DNA from: a virus
Taxonomy: Duplodnaviria > Caudoviricetes
Length of the DNA stretch: 44,783 bases
Virus record (IMG/VR): IMGVR_UViG_3300012953_007463
Location: 1 to 44,783 of that record
Reading direction: 5' to 3' (one strand)
The notes under the pieces were generated by a model. That model was not told the origin of the DNA and ran no database searches. It saw nothing but the letters and a program-made list of their open reading frames with translations. The position numbers and the translations under genes were made by a program. This document shows positions 8,035 through 17,114 of this stretch, in pieces (position 1 is the first letter of the stretch; every line of letters starts with the position of its first letter).

Positions 8035-8182
8035 ATGTAACCACTGGATGAATGGAGGAAAAAAGGGAATAGTAGTCTCCGTTCAAGAAGGAGATTATTG
8101 TATTGGGGCCTGGATACTTTTAGAGTGCGGCTCTCTAAAACTAATTAGAATCGAAAATCTAGAGTTAATAAATGAAACTTAG
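8012..8182 (+). CDS. MKVGDL-family SH3/KOW-like protein
   Basis: MKKGDLVKC...KGIVV...LELINET. Confidence 0.75.
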   Translation: MKKGDLVKCNHWMNGGKKGIVVSVQEGDYCIGAWILLECGSLKLIRIENLELINET

Positions 8183-8227
8183 GTTGCTATTTAGAAAGCG
8201 TTTAATATTTATTTTTACGGAGAAATT

Positions 8228-9028
8228 ATGAAAACTGTTGAGTATAGAGAATTTGTATCTCTAATAAGAGAAACAATTTTGGAGTCTCGTAGAACTCAAG
8301 ACAAGAGGCTTCGTTCTTTTACTAACTCAATAACCAGAAGTATCATGGCATTATATTCTGGTAACTCTCCAGATTTACATTATTCTGAATTAGATATAGA
8401 TGACTTAAATGTTGACCCCAATACTAATGCAGATATTTTTTATGAGATCGAAGCTGGCGCATTTCCAATAGCTTTAGATCCAAGTAGCGTAGACTACGAA
8501 GTGTATGAAGATGGAGTTGACCCTTTCGTTACAGTGGCTGTAGAAATTGATAAAAGCGCTGCCGGGTTTAATGTCTCAGCATCTGATAAAAGTATCACAG
8601 GAACTTCAGATTTAGGTATCCACATTGCAATAGAGACTCCTGATAATTTTTCGAAAAAAGAAATGGGAAATCTTCGAAATGAAATAGCAAACGCAGTAAG
8701 ACACGAGCTCGAGCATGTAACTCAGGGAAAAATGAGCGATCAGCCAGCTAGTGCTTATGCGAGAGGAGACAAGTATTTTAGCTTTATTCACGATGCTAGC
8801 TCTGTGGATTCTGATCAAGCAAAGTATTTATTAGAGCCTTCTGAAATTCCTGCTCATATAAGGGGGTATATGCAAAACGCTAAAAACATTCAAAAGTTTC
8901 AGTACGATGTAGAAGACCTCTTAAGTGCTTACGTAGATCAAAAGTTAATTAAGCCTGAAGAAAAAAAGATAGTTTTAGATACGTGGATAGATTGGGTCAA
9001 GAGGAACATTAAAAGAAAAGGGTATTAG
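8228..9028 (+). CDS. HExxH protein with N-terminal tag
   Basis: MKTVEYREFVSLIRETILE leader; RHELEHVTQ and Y-x5-EIPA. Confidence 0.7.
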   Translation: MKTVEYREFVSLIRETILESRRTQDKRLRSFTNSITRSIMALYSGNSPDLHYSELDIDDLNVDPNTNADIFYEIEAGAFPIALDPSSVDYEVYEDGVDPFVTVAVEIDKSAAGFNVSASDKSITGTSDLGIHIAIETPDNFSKKEMGNLRNEIANAVRHELEHVTQGKMSDQPASAYARGDKYFSFIHDASSVDSDQAKYLLEPSEIPAHIRGYMQNAKNIQKFQYDVEDLLSAYVDQKLIKPEEKKIVLDTWIDWVKRNIKRKGY

Positions 9029-9067
9029 TTTTAAGTTTGCCGCCTATTTAATTAAGGAGGCAACTTG

Positions 9068-9415
9068 GTGAAATGGATACATACACAGAAGGGTTTTAAA
9101 AATCTTTTATCTGGTATAGTCCTCTTCAATGTTTTAGATATAATATTCACACTCACGATGATTGAGCTGGGGTTTGCTGTTGAGGCAAACCCTTTTATGA
9201 TTGAGCTTTTAGAAATAAGCGAAATACTTTTTGGAGTGGTTAAAATATCGCTAGTTTCTTTATGCGTTGGATTACTGTGGAGATTAAGAGAGCACAAAAT
9301 TGCTAGGACAGCTAGTTTTTTCTGCTTTTGTACTTATGCTCTTTTAATGCTGTATCATATTTTTGGGATTATCGTGTCTATAGATTTTGCAATAAACGAT
9401 TATCGCTACTATTAG
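9068..9415 (+). CDS. membrane protein, DUF5658-like
   Basis: AGGAGG SD; LDIIFT...G...EANP motif with three TM helices. Confidence 0.7.
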   Translation: MKWIHTQKGFKNLLSGIVLFNVLDIIFTLTMIELGFAVEANPFMIELLEISEILFGVVKISLVSLCVGLLWRLREHKIARTASFFCFCTYALLMLYHIFGIIVSIDFAINDYRYY

Positions 9416-9489
9416 CAACCAAATAAAAAGACAAAAAAAACTCTCCTTAGATACTTAAAGTTAGAGGCATGTGTATCTAAGGAGAGTGG

Positions 9490-9738
9490 ATGGAAACGCA
9501 ATTTTTGTCGGGCGACTTGGTTTTGCTTTCCAAACTGGAAGGCCACGCGGCAGCCATAATTCATAATTCTCAGGGTGGTACTGGGTTACTTATTTCTTCA
9601 GAAACCTCCAGGATAGTAAATACAGGTAAGACTATTTTAATGTACAAAATTCTAATAAATGGTAAAATATCTCATGTGACAAATGATAGAATAATTAAAG
9701 TTTTAGGAAGATATAAAGATGTATTTTTGGAAAAATAA
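9490..9738 (+). CDS. SH3/KOW-like small protein
   Basis: FLSGDLVLL...GLLI...YKIL. Confidence 0.65.
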   Translation: METQFLSGDLVLLSKLEGHAAAIIHNSQGGTGLLISSETSRIVNTGKTILMYKILINGKISHVTNDRIIKVLGRYKDVFLEK

Positions 9739-9898
9739 ATTCATACCAAAAGAGCTCCAAGAGCATATTAACAGAACAATTGCAAAAATTCAAAAAAGCT
9801 CGCTGCCAACCATGCCTGCTGAAGAAGTTAAAGAATTTTTAGAAAAATCTCAAACGATTATTTCTGGCTCTATCGCAAATAAAAATAAACCTGAGTAA
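9719..9898 (+). CDS. hypothetical protein (59 aa)
   Basis: manual translation MYFWKNKFIPKELQEHINRTIAKIQ...; ends just before the terminator. Confidence 0.5.
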   Translation: MYFWKNKFIPKELQEHINRTIAKIQKSSLPTMPAEEVKEFLEKSQTIISGSIANKNKPE

Positions 9899-9923
9899 AA
9901 ATATTCTATTTTAGAAATTATAG

Positions 9924-9952
9924 AGGGGATACTTTGGTATCCCCTTTTGTTT
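9924..9952 (+). terminator. intrinsic terminator
   Basis: AGGGGATAC-tttg-GTATCCCCT followed by TTTGTTT. Confidence 0.85.
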
Positions 9953-10044
9953 ATAATATATTTACTGTAAAGCTGTCTAAAGGCTAAGATCAATGTCAAA
10001 AAATAATGTCCGAATGTTAAAGTTATAGGAGTTGCGAATTACTG

Positions 10045-10722
10045 ATGAGTATTTTAAGAGATTTTATAAAAGAAGCAATAGAGTTAGATAACTCTATAAT
10101 AACTCCAGAGTCGCAAATATTTTGTGATATGGATGGAGTACTTGTTAATTTTGAAGCTGCGGTAGTTGATTTAGTAAATACTATTTTAGATACTGGAGAA
10201 GTACCCGGTGTAGCTAGCACTAAAGGCCATAGAAAAAGACTTGGCTGGTTGCGCAGAGAACTTGGTCCTGATTGGAGAGCAGCAAGTAGACCAGACTTAG
10301 ATTTAAAGCCTGTTAGAAATATGATGTTCAGCGCAATCGGGCAAAATCCCGGAGCTGTATTTGCTGGTATGCCTCCGTGGCCCGACGCGTTAAGTGAATT
10401 GTGGCCTTATATAACATCCACAGGAAACACTGTTAATATACTCAGCGCACCAATAAGGGCTAGAGAGGGAGCACCGTCTACAGCAGCGGAGGGTAAAACA
10501 GCGTGGGTTGAAGAGTGGCTATCCCCTCAACCATCAGACATTATTATTACTCCAGCAGTCCAAAAAGTGCAATTTGCTGTATCTGGAGAAGTTCCTAATA
10601 TTTTGATAGACGATAAAAAATCTACTATTGATTCTTGGAATGCGGCTGGTGGAATTGGAATATTACATTTTCCTGGAGGCAGCGCTGCGACTGTTAAGAA
10701 GCTTCGAGAGATAGGTTTATGA
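10045..10722 (+). CDS. HAD-superfamily 5'(3')-nucleotidase (NT5C-like) with tag
   Basis: FCDMDGVLVNF, ILS, K and ILIDD motifs; leader MSILRDFIKEAIE. Confidence 0.85.
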   Translation: MSILRDFIKEAIELDNSIITPESQIFCDMDGVLVNFEAAVVDLVNTILDTGEVPGVASTKGHRKRLGWLRRELGPDWRAASRPDLDLKPVRNMMFSAIGQNPGAVFAGMPPWPDALSELWPYITSTGNTVNILSAPIRAREGAPSTAAEGKTAWVEEWLSPQPSDIIITPAVQKVQFAVSGEVPNILIDDKKSTIDSWNAAGGIGILHFPGGSAATVKKLREIGL

Positions 10723-12344
10723 AAATCAAGAAATCCCAACTTAGAAGAATCATTAGGGAAGCTATTGGCAGTGAGCCAGATAGAGTACCGCTAGATATTC
10801 CCATCCCCAAAGACTTAGAAGAAATTCACTCTAGACTTAAATACGCTGGAAGAGAATTGTTTTTAGTTGGAGGAGCTGTTAGAGATGCACTTATGGGTAA
10901 AAGCCCAAAAGATTATGATGTCGCTACAAACGCTAGTCCAGAAGAAGTTATAAAAATACTACAGAGAGATTCTTCTCTTCGCTTAGATTTAACTGGAAAA
11001 CAATTCGGAGTTGTCCGGGTAAAAACTAAAGATGATGGTGAATATGAAATTGCCACATTCAGAGAAGATATCGGAAAAGGAAAAGGGACATCAGTAAAAT
11101 TTTCCACAATTGAAAACGACGTAAAAAGAAGGGATCTCACCATCAACGCCTTGTTTTATGACATGGACTCAAAAGAAGTTGTAGATTATGTTGGCGGAAT
11201 AAAAGATATTGAAGATGGCGTTATTAGAGCAGTTGGTGAACCTGGACAGAGATTTGACGAAGATAGAATAAGAATATTAAGAGCTATAAGATTTGCTGGA
11301 AGGATGGGGTCTGATTTAGACCAAGAAACAAAACAAGCAATTTTAAATGATAATGCACTGATAGATACAGAAACTGGTCAAGATATTCCTGCAGATAGAA
11401 TAACTGAAGAGTTTGTGAAGGGATTAAAATCTTCAGCTGACGTTTCGCATTTTCTATCTTTGAATCAAGAACTTGGAATGTTTGACCAGATTTTACCTGG
11501 CTTAGAAGTTGAACTTACACAAAACGGAAGTCAAGATCATATAGCTCAGTTGGGTGCCATATTAAGAAATAATTCACCAGATGTAATAGTTCCTGCTCTT
11601 AAGAGAATGCGATATTCTAATGATGAGATAAAGTCAATCAAATTCCTTTTAGAATTAATGAACCTCAATAGAGATTCTGCTGCTAGTCTTAAAAAGAATT
11701 TTAATAGACAAAATATTTCTCCAGAGCATTTGCATAATTTTGCTGAACTTACAGGTATACCACCAGAATCCAAAGTCAGAGGGTTTCTAGAGTTTGCTGC
11801 TGCCCCTCCAGCAGGAGACCCTAAGGAATTTATGGCCCAAGGACTAAAAGGCCCTGAGATTGGCCAGGCCATGGCAGATGCAGAAGCAGAGGCTTATGCA
11901 GATTTTATTGGAGAAGTCAGAAAACTGGTGAGGAGTGTTTTGCTTGCAGAGTGGGGTAGTCCTACAAAAATGTATAGAGATGAACTTGCAGCGATGTTTT
12001 ATAACGGAAAAAATGGCTCTTTAATAGAAAAGTTTCCTGATGGATGCGAAGTGAGAATGCAGTTTAAAGATCACATGGACCCGAACACTGTCCGTTTTGA
12101 CTCTATAGAAACTGTGGGAGCAGAAGGCAAAGAAATAGATGATTGTTATAGAAACGGCTATGCAAGAAGTGTTATGGAAAAAGTTATTAAAAAAGCTGAC
12201 ATGTTCGGTATTACGCTCAGCCTTGGAGTAGGACCATACGGAGAAAGTGGGGCTGGATGGGATGGACTTTATGATTTTTATGGATCTGTTGGATTTAATC
12301 CCCTACCAGATAATTACGGTGAAATGATAAGGGAGCCTCAATGA
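10719..12344 (+). CDS. cca: CCA tRNA nucleotidyltransferase / poly(A) polymerase family, fused to a C-terminal GNAT-like domain
   Basis: VGGAVRD, DYDVAT, RRDLTINAL and EDRIRILRAIRF; C-terminus has RNGYA...LYDFYGSVGF. Confidence 0.9.
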   Translation: MKIKKSQLRRIIREAIGSEPDRVPLDIPIPKDLEEIHSRLKYAGRELFLVGGAVRDALMGKSPKDYDVATNASPEEVIKILQRDSSLRLDLTGKQFGVVRVKTKDDGEYEIATFREDIGKGKGTSVKFSTIENDVKRRDLTINALFYDMDSKEVVDYVGGIKDIEDGVIRAVGEPGQRFDEDRIRILRAIRFAGRMGSDLDQETKQAILNDNALIDTETGQDIPADRITEEFVKGLKSSADVSHFLSLNQELGMFDQILPGLEVELTQNGSQDHIAQLGAILRNNSPDVIVPALKRMRYSNDEIKSIKFLLELMNLNRDSAASLKKNFNRQNISPEHLHNFAELTGIPPESKVRGFLEFAAAPPAGDPKEFMAQGLKGPEIGQAMADAEAEAYADFIGEVRKLVRSVLLAEWGSPTKMYRDELAAMFYNGKNGSLIEKFPDGCEVRMQFKDHMDPNTVRFDSIETVGAEGKEIDDCYRNGYARSVMEKVIKKADMFGITLSLGVGPYGESGAGWDGLYDFYGSVGFNPLPDNYGEMIREPQ

Positions 12345-12898
12345 TTCTAGTGCGGCAATATATAAGGGAGCTGATCCGCGAAACGTACTTTCCGCTTGAG
12401 GGTGGAGATAAGATGCGAATCCACCACTCTCGCAAGGATACTCGCGATGGAGATAAGCCGCAGATTAGTGGTTTCTCTCAGAAGGTAGGAAATAAACCAA
12501 ATGGATTCTGGTATGAATGTCAAGATGGCAGCTCAGAAACATGGAAAGAGTTTTGTACCTATGGAATGTCTAGCGGGTATCGATACGATAGCACCTACAG
12601 CGTTGTGCTTAATGACTATAATATTCTTTTCATTCCAAATAAGCGTCATTTTGAAAAGTTCTATAAGATGTATAGTGTGCCTCATCCTGCTGACCCTGAC
12701 GGTACAAAGGGGTATGACAAGCAGATTGATTGGCCAAAGGTTGCTGAACATTATGCGGGAATAGAGATCTGTCCGTATCTCGTAGAAAAGCGTATGGATG
12801 ATGACAGTTTCTGGTATTACGGCTGGGATGTCGCATCAGGATGCGTTTGGGATCCATCTGGTATCAAAGAAATTATACAAGCAGGAGACTGTGAATGA
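12341..12898 (+). CDS. hypothetical protein with tag (possible ART-like fold)
   Basis: leader MILVRQYIRELIRE; RIHHS...KPNGFWY...IDW...YGWDVAS. Confidence 0.6.
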   Translation: MILVRQYIRELIRETYFPLEGGDKMRIHHSRKDTRDGDKPQISGFSQKVGNKPNGFWYECQDGSSETWKEFCTYGMSSGYRYDSTYSVVLNDYNILFIPNKRHFEKFYKMYSVPHPADPDGTKGYDKQIDWPKVAEHYAGIEICPYLVEKRMDDDSFWYYGWDVASGCVWDPSGIKEIIQAGDCE

Positions 12899-13599
12899 AG
12901 CTCCTCCGAGAATACATAAGGCAATTGCTAAGTGAAGATTTTGGCGAAAAAGTCTGGGCAACAAAAGCTCCGGAAAACAGTAGGCATCGAGGAGATGAAC
13001 CAGATACTGAGATAGAGTCAAGTCTATACACAGCTATTAAATTTTTCCTGAATAAAGGGGATACCACACTTTGGGATCAAGAACGTAAGGATGCTTTTGA
13101 TAAAGCAGTAACAGACCCACGCTATAATGATGTGTTCAAGTATGAAGCTTCTGGTAAGCTTTATAGAGGTATGAGAATTAGCGGCCCGTGGGACGTTGAA
13201 AGAGACTACGGCATATCAGACTCTGAGTGGATGAGGCAGCTGAATAGCCAGACCAGCCCTAAGAAAGTAAAGGGCGTCTTGAAGAATATGTCAGAAATGA
13301 TACCGATAAGTACTGTGTATGAGCCCGTTCCTAGAACTAACGGTTTTTCTTCCTGGACGCCTGATTTTAATGTTGCGAAAAAATTTGCTTCACAAGTTAG
13401 AGATGGTCAGTCAAATACTGAGATGGGAATTATATTAGTGGCTGACGCTTCTGGCGGGAAGTTTTTAGACATGACCGCGATTTATGGATTTGACGGCCTA
13501 GACCGGTATCAAGGCGAGGAAGAGCGAATAAGCATAGGAAACGTTCAACTTGAGGGTGTATATTTCATTCAGCCCAATAAGACAAGGTGGTGGATATGA
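12895..13599 (+). CDS. putative R-S-E class ADP-ribosyltransferase with tag
   Basis: LYRGM, FSSWT...VAKKFA and E-x-E (GEEER) in the canonical order. Confidence 0.75.
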   Translation: MKLLREYIRQLLSEDFGEKVWATKAPENSRHRGDEPDTEIESSLYTAIKFFLNKGDTTLWDQERKDAFDKAVTDPRYNDVFKYEASGKLYRGMRISGPWDVERDYGISDSEWMRQLNSQTSPKKVKGVLKNMSEMIPISTVYEPVPRTNGFSSWTPDFNVAKKFASQVRDGQSNTEMGIILVADASGGKFLDMTAIYGFDGLDRYQGEEERISIGNVQLEGVYFIQPNKTRWWI

Positions 13600-14171
13600 A
13601 CCTGCTCCGTGAATATATAAGAGTTCTCTTGACAGAATCAATTGACCCCAATATTATGTCCCAAATTGACAAGATCGAAGCTCTTGATCTAAAGATTGAG
13701 CTTTTTGTTGGGGCAAAGTACGGGAGTGTTACTGTCTTCGACGGTAATGATATAGTGGGTGGGGTCGATTGGGAGAATCCGCCAAGCGGGAAATGCAGCG
13801 GCGCAGAAATGGTATCTTCTTCTGGTATGAGCCATGGCCTTGGCCCTTTATTATATGATGTAGCAATTGAAGCAACTCAAGGACTAATGTCTGACAGGAC
13901 TGAAGTTTCCGCCGAAGCTGAAGCTGTTTGGAGCAGGTACGAGTCATACCGGGATGATGTTAAAGTAGACCAGCTGGACATACCGGAAGATTATGGCGAA
14001 CCGCAGCTTACGCCTGATGACCCTTCAGATGACTGTGGGCAAACTCCTGCTTATGATATGTACCAAGACGGCTGGATGGTGTCACCCCTTAGTAAAAAAT
14101 ATAGCAAAGTAGGCACACCGGTTATTGATGAACTTCGAAACCGAGGAATACTAAAGGACCATGGCCGATGA
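13596..14171 (+). CDS. GNAT-like protein with tag
   Basis: leader MNLLREYIRVLLTE; HGLGPLLYD...LMSD...S-x-x-A-x-x-VW. Confidence 0.6.
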   Translation: MNLLREYIRVLLTESIDPNIMSQIDKIEALDLKIELFVGAKYGSVTVFDGNDIVGGVDWENPPSGKCSGAEMVSSSGMSHGLGPLLYDVAIEATQGLMSDRTEVSAEAEAVWSRYESYRDDVKVDQLDIPEDYGEPQLTPDDPSDDCGQTPAYDMYQDGWMVSPLSKKYSKVGTPVIDELRNRGILKDHGR

Positions 14172-14220
14172 ACATCCTAATTAGTATTATGCGCCAGCGC
14201 GACGCGTGGATGGAGAAATA

Positions 14221-14550
14221 ATGTACGAATACCGAGCTTATGTCAGAAGAGTATACGACGGAGATACCATAACTGTAGATATAGATCTTGGTTTTGGTAT
14301 GCTGGTTTGCAATCAAAAAGTTCGACTACTAAAGATCAACGCTCCTGAAATTAGAGGCAAAGAGCGACCCGAAGGCCTTAAGTCTAGAGACGCTCTTAGG
14401 AGCCAGATAGCCAATAAGTGGGTTAGAATCAAAACCCAAAAAGACAAAAAGGGAAAATACGGAAGATGGTTAGCGGAAGTTTGGAAAGATGACACTAATA
14501 TAAATGAGTGGTTAATTTCTGAAGGTTTCGCAAAAGAGTATAAAAAATGA
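14221..14550 (+). CDS. thermonuclease (SNase family)
   Basis: DGDTI, VRL-x-x-INAPE and KYGRWLA motifs. Confidence 0.92.
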   Translation: MYEYRAYVRRVYDGDTITVDIDLGFGMLVCNQKVRLLKINAPEIRGKERPEGLKSRDALRSQIANKWVRIKTQKDKKGKYGRWLAEVWKDDTNINEWLISEGFAKEYKK

Positions 14551-15473
14551 GTAATGAACTCCGAAAATACATAAAAGCCGTTTTAGAAGCTAACGAATAT
14601 AACTGGGACATGTCTAGCAAAAAGAAAATGATGTTAGATAAAGAGGGCATGGAGCAGTCAGATAAAGATAACCAAGAAACTTACTTAAAGTCTATGGGGT
14701 TAATGGAAGCTCTTTTATTAGAAGACCCAATGGGGTTTGTGCAGGACCTTGCCGCATCATCAGAAGAGTTTGGTGAACCAGGCGAAATGTTTTTCGGCGG
14801 TGATCCTGGAAAGGGCGGAGGCAGAGCGATTAAGCGCGCCTTCAATGCAAATGCAGATCACCAGTGGCTATCTACCTTAAACACTGTTCATTGGGGCGAT
14901 GTCTATGCCTTAGAAGACTTGATAGGCAAGAATAAAGATGAGTTATCTACTCTCATGAGTTTACCTGGCGAAGATTTTGCAGTAAGCGGGAATAACACGG
15001 GGTTGTGGGTAAGGGGAAGAATTACGTTGGCTGCTGATGATATGGACAAACTCTATACCGGCCACTATGATGACTATGGCGCTGGCAAAGAGGGCTCTGA
15101 AGAAGAGGTCGCACATAGAGATAAATCTTCCGGAAGAAATAAACGGCCGACCGTGTCTAAAGATTACAGCCGTTATGGGCAACTTACTCGAGGTAATGAG
15201 TTTGCTGAAAAGATGGCTCGTAATATCCCATACATATTAGACCAGTCGATGTGGAATTTAGAGTTTGGTGGAGGCGAAGCGCTAGTTGATAACTGGAAAC
15301 CTGTTGGCCTTATTCCAGACTACGAAGTCATACAAATATTAAAGAAACTAAATAAAGGTCGTGAACTTGATGAAGATCCGCCTGGAAGAGTTGGAAAGAT
15401 AATTAAACTAGCTCGTGAAATAGGCGTACCTATCTTTGATAGATCGCAAAAAGAGATATGGAGCTCATCATGA
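14547..15473 (+). CDS. hypothetical protein with tag
   Basis: leader MSNELRKYIKAVLE; second LMEALLLE about 50 aa in. Confidence 0.7.
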   Translation: MSNELRKYIKAVLEANEYNWDMSSKKKMMLDKEGMEQSDKDNQETYLKSMGLMEALLLEDPMGFVQDLAASSEEFGEPGEMFFGGDPGKGGGRAIKRAFNANADHQWLSTLNTVHWGDVYALEDLIGKNKDELSTLMSLPGEDFAVSGNNTGLWVRGRITLAADDMDKLYTGHYDDYGAGKEGSEEEVAHRDKSSGRNKRPTVSKDYSRYGQLTRGNEFAEKMARNIPYILDQSMWNLEFGGGEALVDNWKPVGLIPDYEVIQILKKLNKGRELDEDPPGRVGKIIKLAREIGVPIFDRSQKEIWSSS

Positions 15474-15841
15474 GTTTAGAAACACTTGGCGTAATAATTC
15501 ATTATGTTATATTACTTGGCTGGAGTGGTACGCTAGTGTGGGTTAACTATAAAATATCTAAATCAAGAGAGCTACAAGAAAAAGAAGTTTCTGAGGTTTA
15601 TGACTTATTAAAAGAAGTTCAAGCATTAATGAAAGATCATGAAGAAGAAACCCAAGAATCACTCAGAAATTATGAAGAACAAGTAAGAAAATCATTAGAA
15701 GAACATGTTAGAGAAGGAAATCATTTAACTTATAGATTATGGTCTTTAGAGCAGCGATTAGAAAATAATACAGAAAAATTGAATCAATCCGCTAGTGAAA
15801 TTCGAGCATGGATCGATTTGAGAATGAAGAGAGGGCAGTAA
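15470..15841 (+). CDS. membrane-anchored coiled-coil protein
   Basis: ATGA overlap; TM helix then E/K-rich heptads. Confidence 0.65.
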   Translation: MSLETLGVIIHYVILLGWSGTLVWVNYKISKSRELQEKEVSEVYDLLKEVQALMKDHEEETQESLRNYEEQVRKSLEEHVREGNHLTYRLWSLEQRLENNTEKLNQSASEIRAWIDLRMKRGQ

Positions 15842-15844
15842 AAA

Positions 15845-16189
15845 ATGAAAGCTAATGGTGATTGTTATGAATCTGCAGGTCAGTATATGATGAATAAGTG
15901 CCAGTTTGGTGGCGATTGCAGTGGATGGATTCTTGTTCACGGTGAAGTTATGGGCCAAGGAGACGTTGAAGGTATATCTTTTGGTCACGCTTGGGTAGAA
16001 TCTAATGGAATGGTTATTGACAAATCTAACGGAAGAAATTTAGAGTTACCAGCTCCACTTTATTACGCTGTTGGTCGGATTGATGAAATTGGAAATGTCA
16101 TTAAATACTCTTGGGAAGATGCAAGAAATAAGATTTTAGAATTTGAACACTGGGGTCCGTGGGACCTCGAGACATCGAGCGGACTATGA
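15845..16189 (+). CDS. transglutaminase/papain-like Cys-His-Asp protein
   Basis: GDCYESA...HAWVE...VID. Confidence 0.65.
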   Translation: MKANGDCYESAGQYMMNKCQFGGDCSGWILVHGEVMGQGDVEGISFGHAWVESNGMVIDKSNGRNLELPAPLYYAVGRIDEIGNVIKYSWEDARNKILEFEHWGPWDLETSSGL

Positions 16190-16752
16190 AAAAAGAACCT
16201 CAAATATTCACGCAAATTAATCGAAAAAATGAGCCAGTTAATTTAGATATTTTGGTTTCTTTAGAAGAAGAAGCTTTGTCAGAAAGACTTATTAGATCTT
16301 ATGTTAAAGAAACTCTATATGAATCTAGAGTTGAGTTTTCCGGTATATTAAAATTAATGCCAGATGAAAACGTAATATCTCAAATCAAAGATCTTCTTAC
16401 GGGCTTGCCACCAACCGCTATTCCCACTAGAGAAGATAAATGGCATGTTACTTTGGTTCACCAGAGTATTTTAAAGCCTTTCAGAAAAGAATTAAAACAG
16501 ATGGCTAAAGAGGGTTTATTACCCGAGCCTCCAGAAATTATTATTGATCGTGTAATAGATCATCGTATTGAAATTTCCCCTGAAACTGAAAAACAGTCTT
16601 GGGTTGTTTGGATTGAAAACCAAACAGAGTTATCAAGTTACGTCAACCAAGTTATGGAAATAGTCGGTGCTCCTTCTAACCCAGAGCCGACTAGAGTTTT
16701 TCATATAAGCATTGCCAATCTAACAGGCAAGCCGGGAGATTCAGTACGATGA
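16186..16752 (+). CDS. 2H phosphoesterase with internal tag
   Basis: WHVTL and FHISI paired H-x-T/S motifs; RLIRSYVKETLYE precedes the domain. Confidence 0.8.
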   Translation: MKKEPQIFTQINRKNEPVNLDILVSLEEEALSERLIRSYVKETLYESRVEFSGILKLMPDENVISQIKDLLTGLPPTAIPTREDKWHVTLVHQSILKPFRKELKQMAKEGLLPEPPEIIIDRVIDHRIEISPETEKQSWVVWIENQTELSSYVNQVMEIVGAPSNPEPTRVFHISIANLTGKPGDSVR

Positions 16753-17114
16753 ATTTAAAAAAATTAGAACCAATTTATATAGAAAATAGTAAGTTACCAG
16801 TTTTTCTTTCGTTTTTTGCGCCAATTAATATTTGGGCTTTAAGCTTCTTTATTTTTGTTTGGTGCCGAGGAGTCTTAGAAAATCAAACTAAGAGGCATGA
16901 ATGCATCCACTTTCAACAACAGCTAGAAATGTTATTTATTTTTCAGTGGATAATGTATGCAGCTTTTTGGCTACAAGGGATGATAAAATATAAAGGAGAC
17001 GGTAAAAAAGCATATTACCGAAATCCATTCGAACAAGAAGCTTATGAACATGACGAAGATGAAAACTATCTTGCAGCTCGACCAAGATGGAATTGGAGGA
17101 ATTATAAAGTATGA
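16749..17114 (+). CDS. membrane-associated HExxH protein
   Basis: RHECIHFQQ...NPFEQEAY. Confidence 0.7.
   Translation: MNLKKLEPIYIENSKLPVFLSFFAPINIWALSFFIFVWCRGVLENQTKRHECIHFQQQLEMLFIFQWIMYAAFWLQGMIKYKGDGKKAYYRNPFEQEAYEHDEDENYLAARPRWNWRNYKV

Noticed and set aside
8172-8231. 19-aa ORF MKLRLLFRKRLIFIFTEKL starting at a junction-like motif
   Set aside because: Too short, and it overlaps the putative promoter and SD of the next gene; more likely a leftover junction than a gene.
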